Of a DNA stretch of 64,000 nt, positions 33,794 to 43,480 are shown piece after piece. Position 1 is the first letter of the stretch. Every line of letters starts with the position of its first letter. The stretch spans positions 5,970 to 69,969 of the forward strand of contig JBNJGQ010000001.1 in the NCBI GenBank assembly GCA_051747845.1. Direction: 5' to 3'. Both the position numbers and the translations under genes were made by a program. The notes beneath the pieces were generated by a model. The model saw nothing but the letters and a program-made list of their open reading frames with translations. It did no database searches and was not told where the DNA came from. Source of the stretch: Pseudomonadota bacterium (GTDB lineage Bacteria; Pseudomonadota; Gammaproteobacteria; Enterobacterales; Alteromonadaceae).

Positions 33794-35911
33794 ATGAAAA
33801 TAATCCATTCATACCTGGCAGTTAGTATAGCCACTGCGCTATTCACGTCACCTGCATTTGCTGACACTGAAGATACGCAAGATATTGAAATTATTGAAGT
33901 GAGTGGTGACTTTCACCGCCGCACCTTAAATGAAACCACCAGCAGCGTTTCTATCATTGATAAAGACGCCATGCAGCAGCGTCACTCTCAGCATTTGCAG
34001 GACACCCTAAACAGTTTCGCCAACGTGAACTTTTCAGGTGGCACCTCCACGGCGCGCTTCATTCAAATTCGCGGTATTGGCGAGCGTTCTCAGTTTGTTG
34101 ATCCGGTGACACCGTCTGTCGGCTTATTGATTGATGGTATTGATTACAGTGGATTAGGCAGCGCCGCGTCGCTTTTCGATATTAATCAGGTAGAGGTTTT
34201 CCGTGGTCCGCAAAGTGGTCGCTTTGGGGTGAATGCTATGGCGGGTCTGTTACTGCTTGATAGTACCGCACCAAGCAGTGATTTTAACGGCGAGTTTCAG
34301 TTATCGGCGGGAAATTATTCTGAAGCCATGGGTGGTTTAGCTATGGGGGGCAGTCTGGGGGCATTAGGTAATGCACGTTTCTCAGTCAGTCAGTTTCAGC
34401 AAGACGGCTATATGGAGAATACTTACCTGGATAGGGATGACACTGAGCAGCGTGATGAGTTAAGTGCCCGCTTCCTGCTGGATACAAAGCTTAGCAAAGA
34501 CTGGTTGCTGCAGACGGTTCTGCACTATAACGATGTCGATAATGGTTACGATGCTTTCAGTCTGGATAATTCGCGCGAGACCTTGTCTGATGAGCCGGGT
34601 TTTGACCGTTTAGAAAGTCAGGCTCTGCGTTTGCAGTTGAGCTACCTTGGCTTTGATAACAGCCGCCTGGAAATGTCTGTTAACCAGCTAGATGCAGACA
34701 CCGGTTATGCCTACGATGAAGACTGGACTTACGAAGGAATAGCGCCGGGCTGGGAGTATTCTGCTTTTGATGCTTACTTCCGCGATCGTGATGACAAAAC
34801 CGCCGAAATTCGCTGGCTTTCTGATGATCCTGAAGCGCTCTTTGGCATCGACAGTGAATGGGTCCTGGGTCTGTATTACTACGACAAGTCGGTACAGTTA
34901 ACCCGCGATTACTTTAACTGGGATTTAGGCGTGCCGGCTATTTTTGAAAGCGATTATGACAGTAAACACAGTGCGCTTTACGGTGAGTTGACCCAGCACT
35001 GGAGTGATCGCGTTAGCACCATTACTGGTTTGCGGGTAGAGCGTTACGACAATGACTACCTGGACAGTCGGGGAATCACTGCAGAACCAGAAGATACCAT
35101 GGTTGGTGGTAACTTCAGCCTGCGTTACCAAGCTTCCGATGAGAGCTACCTGTATGCGACGGTTGCCCGTGGCTACAAAGCCGGCGGTGTTAACGGTGAA
35201 GCCCTGGGTAAAGCTGCAGATCAGGGACTGGAAGAATTAGAAAACTATCTATTGGAGCGAGCAACTTTCGCCCCCGAAATTCTCTGGAGTACGGAGTTAG
35301 GTGTTAAAGGCAGTAGCCCCGATGGCCGGTTAACTTCTCGGGTTAGTGCGTTTTACCACTGGCGCGACGATGTTCAGTTAAAGGGTTGGGTGAATCGCGA
35401 TCAGTCATTTGTCGGTTATATAGAAAATGCAGCTGAAGGCACGAGTTATGGCCTGGAAGCCGAAATTCGAAACCAGTTTACCGATTGGTTAGCTTTTTTC
35501 GCTTCCGCCAGTTGGTTAAAGACTGAAATTGACGGCTTTGTGACAGAAGATGGTACTGATATGAGTGGTCGTGAACAAGCTCAGGCACCTAACTACCAAT
35601 TTAATATTGGGCTCGAGGGCTGGGTAGGCGAGAACTTCCAGTGGGTGATTCAGGCCGACGGCAAAGATGAATTCTACTTCTCCGATTCGCATAACCAAAA
35701 AGCCGATAGCATGGCGGTACTGCACCTTGCGTTGAACTATCATTATCAGGACTGGCGTATCAGTTTGTGGGGTCGTAATTTAGCAGACGAAGATTATGAA
35801 ATTCGTGGCTTCTATTTTGGTAATGACCCACGTAAAGAGTACATCCAAGAAACTTATGTGCAGTATGGTGAACCCCGTCGCTTTGGGGTCACTGTCAGTA
35901 AGTCGTTTTAA
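33794..35911 (+). CDS. TonB-dependent receptor, probable thiamine uptake
   Basis: Signal peptide, IIEVSG TonB box, IRGIG, VEVFRGPQ, C-terminal F; under TPP riboswitch. Confidence 0.9.
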   Translation: MKIIHSYLAVSIATALFTSPAFADTEDTQDIEIIEVSGDFHRRTLNETTSSVSIIDKDAMQQRHSQHLQDTLNSFANVNFSGGTSTARFIQIRGIGERSQFVDPVTPSVGLLIDGIDYSGLGSAASLFDINQVEVFRGPQSGRFGVNAMAGLLLLDSTAPSSDFNGEFQLSAGNYSEAMGGLAMGGSLGALGNARFSVSQFQQDGYMENTYLDRDDTEQRDELSARFLLDTKLSKDWLLQTVLHYNDVDNGYDAFSLDNSRETLSDEPGFDRLESQALRLQLSYLGFDNSRLEMSVNQLDADTGYAYDEDWTYEGIAPGWEYSAFDAYFRDRDDKTAEIRWLSDDPEALFGIDSEWVLGLYYYDKSVQLTRDYFNWDLGVPAIFESDYDSKHSALYGELTQHWSDRVSTITGLRVERYDNDYLDSRGITAEPEDTMVGGNFSLRYQASDESYLYATVARGYKAGGVNGEALGKAADQGLEELENYLLERATFAPEILWSTELGVKGSSPDGRLTSRVSAFYHWRDDVQLKGWVNRDQSFVGYIENAAEGTSYGLEAEIRNQFTDWLAFFASASWLKTEIDGFVTEDGTDMSGREQAQAPNYQFNIGLEGWVGENFQWVIQADGKDEFYFSDSHNQKADSMAVLHLALNYHYQDWRISLWGRNLADEDYEIRGFYFGNDPRKEYIQETYVQYGEPRRFGVTVSKSF

Positions 35912-35922
35912 AGGAGGGTAAC

Positions 35923-36180
35923 ATGCAAGTTTCAGTGGAAATGTCGTTGTATCCTTTAGCTGACAACTATCTGGATACCATAAAAGACTTTATTGAGCGC
36001 TTAAACCAGCATTCAGAGTTAACGGTTCTGACCAACACTATGAGCACGCAGGTGTTTGGTGAGATGCAGGACGTTATGCGTATTTTAGGTGAAGAAATGG
36101 AACTGCTTTTTCAAAATGTGCCTTCGAATGTTCTGGTTTGTAAGTTTATTAACAAGGATTTAAGGCCGGAGAATGCTTGA
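35923..36180 (+). CDS. YkoF-like thiamine/HMP-binding protein
   Basis: SVEMSLYPL...TNTMSTQVFGE motif. Confidence 0.8.
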   Translation: MQVSVEMSLYPLADNYLDTIKDFIERLNQHSELTVLTNTMSTQVFGEMQDVMRILGEEMELLFQNVPSNVLVCKFINKDLRPENA

Positions 36181-36799
36181 GTCTTCGCTCGAATTCTGGC
36201 TTGAACAGCTAATGGTCAGTTCCCCCTGGGAGCTGACCGCTTTAGTTCTGGCGCTTGGCTATCTCGTACTGGCCGCGCATCAACGGCAATGGTGCTGGGC
36301 TGCGGCTGCGGTCAGCTGTACTATTTACGCCGTGTTGTTTTGGCAGGGTAAGCTGTATATGGAGTCTCTGTTACAGGCCATATACATTGCCTTGGCCGGG
36401 TATGGTTGGTGGCAATGGCAACGTCAACAAAGCGCTGCGAAAGAAAGTCCTGACGGTGCAAAGTATTCGCTTCGATGGCACCTTATACAATGGGCCTGGC
36501 TAGTTCCTTTGGCTGCTTTAATTGCCTATTTGCTCTCTGTTTATACAGACGCGGATGCCGTTTGGTTAGACACTTATACAACCGTCTTCAGTTTATTGGC
36601 TACCTGGCTGGTAACCAAGAAGGCGTATGAAACCTGGTGGTACTGGCTGGTCATAGACAGTGTTTACGTTTATTTGTATGCCAGCAAAGGCTTTGTTGCT
36701 ACTGCCTTGCTCTTTGTTGTGTATCTGGCTCTTGTTGTATACGCCATGTGGCGTTGGCGCCATGATACTCAGTTAAAATCTGTGGGCGAAGCCGGGTGA
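36173..36799 (+). CDS. pnuC: PnuC-family transporter (thiamine-type PnuT by context)
   Basis: WEL.A, LYMESLLQ..Y...YGWWQW, D...T..S..ATWL..KK..ETW.YW..ID. Confidence 0.88.
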   Translation: MLESSLEFWLEQLMVSSPWELTALVLALGYLVLAAHQRQWCWAAAAVSCTIYAVLFWQGKLYMESLLQAIYIALAGYGWWQWQRQQSAAKESPDGAKYSLRWHLIQWAWLVPLAALIAYLLSVYTDADAVWLDTYTTVFSLLATWLVTKKAYETWWYWLVIDSVYVYLYASKGFVATALLFVVYLALVVYAMWRWRHDTQLKSVGEAG

Positions 36800-37539
36800 T
36801 AGCTAAGCCGCGTAAAATACAGGTTTTAGCCTCGGGGCAGTCGAACCAGGCGTTACGTCTGATAACGGACAGTGATGATTATGTATTGAAACGTTGGCGG
36901 AATGAGCAGGTATTTGCCGTTGACCGAGAAATGGAAGTGTCACTACAAAAGCAGCTGGCAGAGTGCTCTTTAGCTCCGGAAGTATTGGATTATCACACGG
37001 AACAGGGGTGGCTGCTGCAACCTTATTATAAGGCCCCGTCGTTAGAACAGGTCACTTTATCTCCTTTAATTAAAGCCACTGTGCTGGCTGAAACGCTGGC
37101 CAAAATTCACTCGGTACGTGTGGATATTCCGCGTTGGTCAATGGCGGAGCGCATTGAGCATTATTTGCAGCAACTGCAAGCTTTAGATGTACCTTCGGTA
37201 TCAGTGATGCGACGGCAGTTAGTGCCCATTGCCGCCGTTCTCGATGAATGGTTCAGTTTTCCGGTGCTGTGCCATAACGATTTATCCATGAACCATATTT
37301 TGATGTCCGACCCTATGAGAGTCATAGACTGGGAATACGCCGGCATAGGGAACCCCTTGTTTGATATTGCCAGCACCATAAAAATTAATCAGCTAAATAA
37401 CGAAATGGTCGAGCGCTTAATTTCTGACTATGAAAAACGAACTCATTACCAGGTTGATCGACAACATTTGGCACAATGGTGTGAGTTTGTGGAATGGCTG
37501 AATAAAGTATGGCAGCATTTGTTCCGACATACCTCTTAA
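36796..37539 (+). CDS. Choline/thiamine kinase-like phosphotransferase (ThiK-like)
   Basis: GQSN, YVLK, DREME, LCHNDL...HIL, IDWEYAG, FDIA. Confidence 0.82.
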   Translation: MIAKPRKIQVLASGQSNQALRLITDSDDYVLKRWRNEQVFAVDREMEVSLQKQLAECSLAPEVLDYHTEQGWLLQPYYKAPSLEQVTLSPLIKATVLAETLAKIHSVRVDIPRWSMAERIEHYLQQLQALDVPSVSVMRRQLVPIAAVLDEWFSFPVLCHNDLSMNHILMSDPMRVIDWEYAGIGNPLFDIASTIKINQLNNEMVERLISDYEKRTHYQVDRQHLAQWCEFVEWLNKVWQHLFRHTS

Positions 37540-37554
37540 TGTGAACACATTGCC

Positions 37555-38868
37555 ATGACCGATAAAAAACTGACAGAGCGCGTTTACGGCTATCTAGCGG
37601 AAGACGAAGATGCCCGTGTGTGTAAAGACATTCCTGAATCAGCCTGCAATGAGCAGCCTCGCTCGTTTGTTTTAATGTTGCTATCGTTAATGCTGACAAA
37701 GCTCGGCGATAGCCTTGTCAGCGCGCGTCTGGTGCTGCCATGGATGCTGAGTTCGCTCGGAGCTCCTGCAATTTTTATCAGTGCTTTAGTTCCTTTGCGG
37801 GAGTCACTTGCGTTGTTACCTCAGCTTTTTGTGGCTCAAAAGCTTCGTGAACAGCCAGTACGCAAATGGTTTTGGGTTGCTGGTAGTATCGGGCAGGCAC
37901 TGTCACTGTTTGCCATGTTGTTTGCTGTAGCGACCTTAGATGGCGACATGCTGGGGTGGTCGGTCGTTATCCTGCTGGCGCTGTTCAGTTTGTCACGAGG
38001 TATTTGCTCGGTAGCAAACAAAGATGTGACCGGGAAAACGGTGTCTAAAACCCGCAGAGGACGCCTGTCAGGTGTTGCGGCTTCGGCTGCTGGGTTGCTG
38101 ACCTTACTCACTGCGCTTGTGATCATTTTTGCTCCGGAGATGGATGGCCAGCGGCCTCTATTTGTTGCTCTTTTAGGTGCGGGAGTGGTGCTCTGGGTGA
38201 TTGCAGCGCTGCTTTATGCTGGTATCCCAGAAGTTGCTGGTGCAACTGAGGGTGGCGGTAATGCATTAACCGAAGCAATAAAGTCAATGTCCCTACTTTG
38301 GCAGAATCGTCAGTTTGGTCATTTTGTTATATCACGTGCATTACTAGTCGCAGCCGCATTTGCTATTCCTTACATTGTGGTTTTAATACAGCGAGAAGGC
38401 GAAGCCGAACTGACAAGTTTAGGCAGCTTAATGCTGGCCAGTGGGCTTGCAGGTTTACTGGCAGGGCGTTTTTGGGGACGTTGGTCTGATTCAGCCAGTC
38501 ATCACGTTATGGCTGCGGCTTCGGTTATGTCGACTCTGGTTATGGGCGCAGCTTTGGCTCTTTATTATTGGGCGCCTGGCGCGCTAGGTATGCAATGGGT
38601 AGCGGCTGCTCTGCTGTTTAGCTCTGCAGTGGCTCACCACGGCGCCAGAGTTGGGCGAAAAACCTATTTGGTCGATATGGCAAATCAGGATAACCGAGCA
38701 CAATTGACTGCAGTATCGAATACTGTAATGGGCGTTGTGCTTTTAGCTGGCTTATTGCTGGGCTGGGTTGATGCGGCTTACGGTGTGGCGGCGGTACTGT
38801 GGGTGCTGGCTGCAATAGGTGTTATTGCAACCTTTAGTGCATTGCGATTGCCAGACGTATCGGGTTGA
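37555..38868 (+). CDS. MFS-type permease (conserved EDARVCKDIPESAC family)
   Basis: About 12 TMs; LVPLRES..LLPQL, KDVTGKTV.KTRRG, GRKTYLVDMA. Confidence 0.8.
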   Translation: MTDKKLTERVYGYLAEDEDARVCKDIPESACNEQPRSFVLMLLSLMLTKLGDSLVSARLVLPWMLSSLGAPAIFISALVPLRESLALLPQLFVAQKLREQPVRKWFWVAGSIGQALSLFAMLFAVATLDGDMLGWSVVILLALFSLSRGICSVANKDVTGKTVSKTRRGRLSGVAASAAGLLTLLTALVIIFAPEMDGQRPLFVALLGAGVVLWVIAALLYAGIPEVAGATEGGGNALTEAIKSMSLLWQNRQFGHFVISRALLVAAAFAIPYIVVLIQREGEAELTSLGSLMLASGLAGLLAGRFWGRWSDSASHHVMAAASVMSTLVMGAALALYYWAPGALGMQWVAAALLFSSAVAHHGARVGRKTYLVDMANQDNRAQLTAVSNTVMGVVLLAGLLLGWVDAAYGVAAVLWVLAAIGVIATFSALRLPDVSG

Positions 38869-38890
38869 TACGTCCGGCTAACCGAATCCG

Positions 38891-39088
38891 TTATTTTCCG
38901 CGAATTACCGCGTAGAGACCAACAATGACAGCGGCAACACCGCCAATCAAATACCAAATGGTGTTGTCAGTTGGCTCATTTGTCGCCAATTCTGACATTT
39001 CAGAAGCCAGAGATTGAGAGGCTTCATAAGAAAAATACAGCAAAATAGCACCAACAACTAATAGAACAATACCTACGATACGAGTCAT
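38891..39088 (-). CDS. Small two-TM membrane protein (DUF3185-like)
   Basis: MTRIVGIVLLVVG..SQS.AS.MS...T..PTD.TIWYLIGG; AAGGAAG SD before ATG 39088. Confidence 0.75.
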   Translation of the reverse strand: MTRIVGIVLLVVGAILLYFSYEASQSLASEMSELATNEPTDNTIWYLIGGVAAVIVGLYAVIRGK

Positions 39089-39267
39089 AAAGTCTTCCTT
39101 TTGTTGTGTTAACAACTTATCAATATAAAGCAGTGCGCAAGATCTTCAAGTTTCCTTACGAATTTTTGATTTATGTCATCTGATATATTCCAAAACAGAA
39201 AAAATATCGGTAATTGTTAAATAGCTGATCGCGTTTAAAACGAAAATAACAAAAGTAAGGCGGAACT

Positions 39268-41724
39268 ATGAGCAGAGCATCTTTTAAGCTGGGTTATTTA
39301 GCCCTTTCACTATCTGCTGCGTTGGCAATTCCGAATACCGGCTTTGCACAGCAGGCAGATGTTAATGCAGAATCAGACGAATCGATGGAGCGCATTGTCA
39401 CCCTGGGTTCGCGAGTGAACGGTCGTACAGCCACTGAGTCAGCATCGCCTATCGACATTATTTCTGCTGAGCAACTGGTTAATACCGGTGCGACAGAATT
39501 AGGTAAAGCTCTGCAAATGAGTGCGCCGTCTTTTAACTTCTCCAGTACGACTATTTCTGATGGATCGGACATTATTCGTCCGGCTACTTTGCGGGGGCTT
39601 AACCCTGATCAGGTACTGGTGCTAGTTAATGGTAAGCGTCGCCACCAACAAGCTCTTGTGAATGTACAGGAAACTATTGGTAAAGGCTCTGCCGGTTACG
39701 ATATTAATGCCATTCCTATTACAGCGGTCGAGCGTGTTGAAATTCTGCGTGACGGCGCTGCTGCTCAATATGGTTCTGATGCGATAGCTGGTGTTATTAA
39801 CATTACGCTGAAAAGTTCAGATGGCGGAAGTATCTCAGCGGAAATTGGACAGACTTATGAAGGTGATGGCGAAGTTAATACCGTTGGAATTAACTTTGGT
39901 AAGGAGTTTGAAAAAGGTTTCTTCAACGGTACTTTAGAATACCGTGACCGTGGTATGACAAACCGTGCCTCTTCAGCCGAAGCCTCCTTGATTGGTGATT
40001 GGTCGTCGCCCAGCGGCGACCCGGTGGTCCGTCTGCATATTGGTGACGCAGACTCTGAAAACTTATACGCATGGTTTAACTCGGGTTTTAACCTGAGCTC
40101 AACCACAGAACTGTATGCCTTCGGTGGTGTTTCAACTCGCGATGGTGGCTCTTCGGGATTTTTCCGCGGTAGAGAACACCCCAGAACAATCGAAGCGATA
40201 TACCCGGACGGCTTTTTACCAAAGCTAGAAACCGAGGCGGATGACCAGTCTCTGGCGGTTGGTATTCGAGGTGATCTGCCGAACGCCTGGTTATGGGATG
40301 CCAGTGTTGTCTACGGTAAAAATGAATTCGGCTTTAACTCATCAAACTCAGCTAACGTTAGTTGGTACTACGAACCTCATCCAGATGGCGGCATTTACGG
40401 TGAAACGCCTACGTCAGCTTTTGACGGTGAATTAGTGTTTGAGCAAACCACGTTCAACTTAGATTTTAACGGAACGGTTGATATAGCCAATGAACTGCTT
40501 TATTTAGCTGTTGGTTTGGAAATGCGTCAGGACGGTTATGAGATCAATCCGGGAGATCCTGTGTCCTGGGCTTATGGCCGGACGAATGACCCTAGTGTGG
40601 AAATCTTAACCCCATCGGGAGCCGGTGCTGAAGCTGGTATCCAAGGCTTCCCAGGCTTTAGCCCAAGTCAGGCCGTAGATGCAACTCGTGACAGTTATGG
40701 CGCGTACGTCGATGCAGAGTATTACGTTACCCCGGACTTTTTGTTAGCCGGAGCCTTGCGTTATGAAGACTACGATATTGCCGGTGACAACATTTCCGGT
40801 AAACTTTCTGCGCGTTATGACATCGACAACGACTTTTCTGTTCGAGGAACGGTAGCAACTGGCTTCCGCGCACCAGGTGTGCAGCAAATTTATTACAGCC
40901 AGGTTTTAACGAACATTGTTAACGGAACATTGGTTGAAACCGGAACCATTGCTAACGATGACGAGGTTGCGCGCCAGTTTGGTATTAACGCACTTGAAGA
41001 AGAAACATCAGAAAGTGTCAGTTTAGGTCTTATTAAGCGCTTTAATAACGGCTTTGATCTGACCATGGACTTTTACCAAATTAATATCGATGACCGCATT
41101 GTGCTGTCCGAGTCATTAACGGCCTCTGTTGGCGCTGAATTTGGTGAAATTCTGGAAGATAACAACCTGGGTGCGGCCCAGTTCTTTACCAACTCTGTTG
41201 ATACTAAAACAACTGGCTTAGATGTTATCGCGTCTTATCCCACCGAATGGTTTGACGGTAACCTGAACTTGACGGCGGCCATGAGCTTCATGAACACCGA
41301 CGTTGAACAGGTAAACTCGGTCTCTTCATTAATTCCGGGCGATCAGATCTTTAACGATACTCAAGTGTTGCGTCTTGAAGAAGGACAGCCGAGTGAAAAA
41401 GCGACATTAAGTGGTGACTGGACTCGAGATGCCTGGAACGTCAATTTAGCCTTAAATTACTTTGGTGCTGTTGAGGGGCAGGCTTTTACCGGTGTTCGTC
41501 ATGAGTGGGGCGGCAAGTGGTTAACCGACCTTTCTGTTGGTTATGACTTTACCAGTAACTTAAATGTTCGTGTCGGTGCCAATAACTTGTTCGATACTTA
41601 CCCGGATGAGTGGGGCAGTGCAGGTTCACCATTCTCTGACGCCGGCTTTAAATACGGTTGGGAAACCTTCCCGTTTGGTATTAATGGTGGATACTATTAT
41701 GCTCGCCTGAACTATACGTTCTAA
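39268..41724 (+). CDS. TonB-dependent receptor
   Basis: IVTLGSR, LRGLNPDQVLVLVNGKRRH, ERVEILRDGAAAQYGSDAIAGVINI, C-terminal YTF. Confidence 0.93.
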   Translation: MSRASFKLGYLALSLSAALAIPNTGFAQQADVNAESDESMERIVTLGSRVNGRTATESASPIDIISAEQLVNTGATELGKALQMSAPSFNFSSTTISDGSDIIRPATLRGLNPDQVLVLVNGKRRHQQALVNVQETIGKGSAGYDINAIPITAVERVEILRDGAAAQYGSDAIAGVINITLKSSDGGSISAEIGQTYEGDGEVNTVGINFGKEFEKGFFNGTLEYRDRGMTNRASSAEASLIGDWSSPSGDPVVRLHIGDADSENLYAWFNSGFNLSSTTELYAFGGVSTRDGGSSGFFRGREHPRTIEAIYPDGFLPKLETEADDQSLAVGIRGDLPNAWLWDASVVYGKNEFGFNSSNSANVSWYYEPHPDGGIYGETPTSAFDGELVFEQTTFNLDFNGTVDIANELLYLAVGLEMRQDGYEINPGDPVSWAYGRTNDPSVEILTPSGAGAEAGIQGFPGFSPSQAVDATRDSYGAYVDAEYYVTPDFLLAGALRYEDYDIAGDNISGKLSARYDIDNDFSVRGTVATGFRAPGVQQIYYSQVLTNIVNGTLVETGTIANDDEVARQFGINALEEETSESVSLGLIKRFNNGFDLTMDFYQINIDDRIVLSESLTASVGAEFGEILEDNNLGAAQFFTNSVDTKTTGLDVIASYPTEWFDGNLNLTAAMSFMNTDVEQVNSVSSLIPGDQIFNDTQVLRLEEGQPSEKATLSGDWTRDAWNVNLALNYFGAVEGQAFTGVRHEWGGKWLTDLSVGYDFTSNLNVRVGANNLFDTYPDEWGSAGSPFSDAGFKYGWETFPFGINGGYYYARLNYTF

Positions 41725-41750
41725 GCGTTGAATTGTTTATCAGTATAAAC

Positions 41751-41780
41751 AAAAACGCCCCTTTCAAAGGGGCGTTTTTT
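41751..41780. terminator. Bidirectional intrinsic terminator (TBDR / dps)
   Basis: AAAAACGCCCCTTT-C-AAAGGGGCGTTTTT(T) between convergent genes. Confidence 0.9.
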
Positions 41781-41799
41781 AGTTGGCTAAGCTGACAGT

Positions 41800-42276
41800 T
41801 TAGTTACCTAAATAAGAGGTCAGCATCCACGCCGTTTTTTCCTGCTCTTTAATGTAGTCGCTCATCAGCGCATTGGTACCTTCATCTCCAGCTTCGTCAG
41901 AAATTTCAAGAATTTCACGCTGCAGACGAATGGTGGTCTGATAGCTATCTAAAATATTGGCGACACAGGCACGACCTTCGTGTACATCTTTAACTTCTTC
42001 AATTTCGCTGTTCTTAATGTACGTCGAGTAAGCATGCTGAGGGCGTTGACCCAGAGTCAGAATACGCTCTGCAATTTCATCAATTTTCAGCAGTAAGTCA
42101 TCGTAGGTTTCTTCAAACTTAGCGTGCAATTCGAAAAAGCGTTCGCCTTTAATGTTCCAATGGAAGCCACGAACATTCATGTAAAAAACTTGGTAGTTTG
42201 ATAGCAGCTCATTTAGCTTGTCGCCAAGGTTCTCTGCTTTTTTCTGGTCTAGACCAATAACGCTTAACTGTTTCAT
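41800..42276 (-). CDS. dps: Dps/ferritin-like DNA protection protein
   Basis: RGFHWNIKG..FFELHAKFEE.Y, IDEIAERILTLG, EQEKTAWML; start set at ATG 42276 after AAGGAGG. Confidence 0.93.
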   Translation of the reverse strand: MKQLSVIGLDQKKAENLGDKLNELLSNYQVFYMNVRGFHWNIKGERFFELHAKFEETYDDLLLKIDEIAERILTLGQRPQHAYSTYIKNSEIEEVKDVHEGRACVANILDSYQTTIRLQREILEISDEAGDEGTNALMSDYIKEQEKTAWMLTSYLGN

Positions 42277-42335
42277 AAAACCCTCCTTTGTCATCGTTAT
42301 GCTTTAACCATAGTTGAATCATTGGGTTAAAGAAA

Positions 42336-42382
42336 GCGATGAAAACCGATAAAGCTGACAGTTAAATTCGATAACTGTCAGC
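42336..42382. promoter_or_regulatory. OxyR-like site upstream of dps, overlapping an 11-bp inverted repeat (likely trhO terminator)
   Basis: Minus strand ATCG-N7-CTGT-N7-ATCG-N7-TCGC versus ATAG-N7-CTAT-N7-ATAG-N7-CTAT; IR GCTGACAGTTA-N7-TAACTGTCAGC (42354-42382) followed by TTTATCGGTTTT on minus. Confidence 0.5.
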
Positions 42383-42422
42383 CTATGCTTACATAAGGAG
42401 TACGAGAGTGCAGTGAGTTAGA

Positions 42423-43346
42423 TCAACTGAGGCTTTCGACTTTACCGTCGCGAATGTGTTTCTCACCGCGGGCTTTCGCCAATTGAATTTGACGCTCGCG
42501 CTCGGCAAAACGCTCTTTTTGTTCGGCTGTGGTTTTATCGTAGCAGTGGGGGCAGCTGACGCCCTTTTGGTAGTGTTCTGACTGCATTTCTTCTTTGGTT
42601 ATTGGCATACGGCAGGCGTAACATTGGTCGTATTCACCTGGCTCCAGGCCGTGCTTGACGGTAACCCGTTGATCAAAGACAAAACATTCGCCATTCCAGC
42701 TGCTTTTCTCTTCTGGCATCATTTCCAAGTACTTAAGAATGCCGCCTTTCAGATGATAAACCTCGTCAAACCCTTGTTCCTTCAAATAGGCAGTGGACTT
42801 TTCACAACGAATACCACCGGTGCAGAACATAGCCACTTTTTTGTGCTTTTCCGGGTTAAGGTGCTGTTTTACGTATTCAGGGAACTCACGAAAGGTGTCT
42901 GTTTTGGGGTTAACTGCGCCTTCAAATGTGCCTACGGCATACTCATACTCGTTGCGGGTATCGATAACCAGAACTTCCGGGTCGGCAATTAAGTCATTCC
43001 ATTTGTCGGGGTCAACGTAAGTGCCAACAGAGCTTTTTGGGTCAACCCAGTCAACGCCCAAAGTCACAATCTCTTTTTTAAGCTTCACTTTGGTGCGGTA
43101 AAAAGCTTGTCCGTCGCTGGGCGACTCTTTGTGTTCAATATCCGCAAAACGTTTGTCGGAACGTAAGTAATCCAGCACGTTATCAATACCCTCGCGAGTA
43201 CCGCAGATAGTGCCGTTAATACCCTCGCGGGCTAACAAAAGCGTGCCTTTTACATCGTTTGCAATAAGCGTTTGATACAGTGGCTCGCGGAGTTCTTTGT
43301 AGTCGTTTAGCTCCACAAACTTGTACAATGCCGCACAAATATACAT
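42423..43346 (-). CDS. trhO: tRNA uridine(34) hydroxylase TrhO (YceA/UPF0176 rhodanese family)
   Basis: [56 protein letters not shown]-terminal Cys cluster. Confidence 0.9.
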   Translation of the reverse strand: MYICAALYKFVELNDYKELREPLYQTLIANDVKGTLLLAREGINGTICGTREGIDNVLDYLRSDKRFADIEHKESPSDGQAFYRTKVKLKKEIVTLGVDWVDPKSSVGTYVDPDKWNDLIADPEVLVIDTRNEYEYAVGTFEGAVNPKTDTFREFPEYVKQHLNPEKHKKVAMFCTGGIRCEKSTAYLKEQGFDEVYHLKGGILKYLEMMPEEKSSWNGECFVFDQRVTVKHGLEPGEYDQCYACRMPITKEEMQSEHYQKGVSCPHCYDKTTAEQKERFAERERQIQLAKARGEKHIRDGKVESLS

Positions 43347-43366
43347 ATTATGTTACCTTTTTCAGC

Positions 43367-43390
43367 GGTCCAGAACGTAAATCCGGAGCC
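43367..43390 (-). promoter_or_regulatory. 5'-UTR hairpin of trhO resembling a tRNA anticodon stem-loop (UAC)
   Basis: Minus strand GG-C-TCCGGA-[TTTACGT]-TCTGGA-CC, 8 nt upstream of the AGGT SD; promoter -10 TATAAT at 43424-43429 with GC-rich discriminator. Confidence 0.55.
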
Positions 43391-43480
43391 ATTAATTAAA
43401 TTGCGGATCAGTAAATCGCGCGGATTATACCGTTTTGATCCTGATCAGCGCAAATTAGGGTTCCAGGGAGTAGTAAAGCC

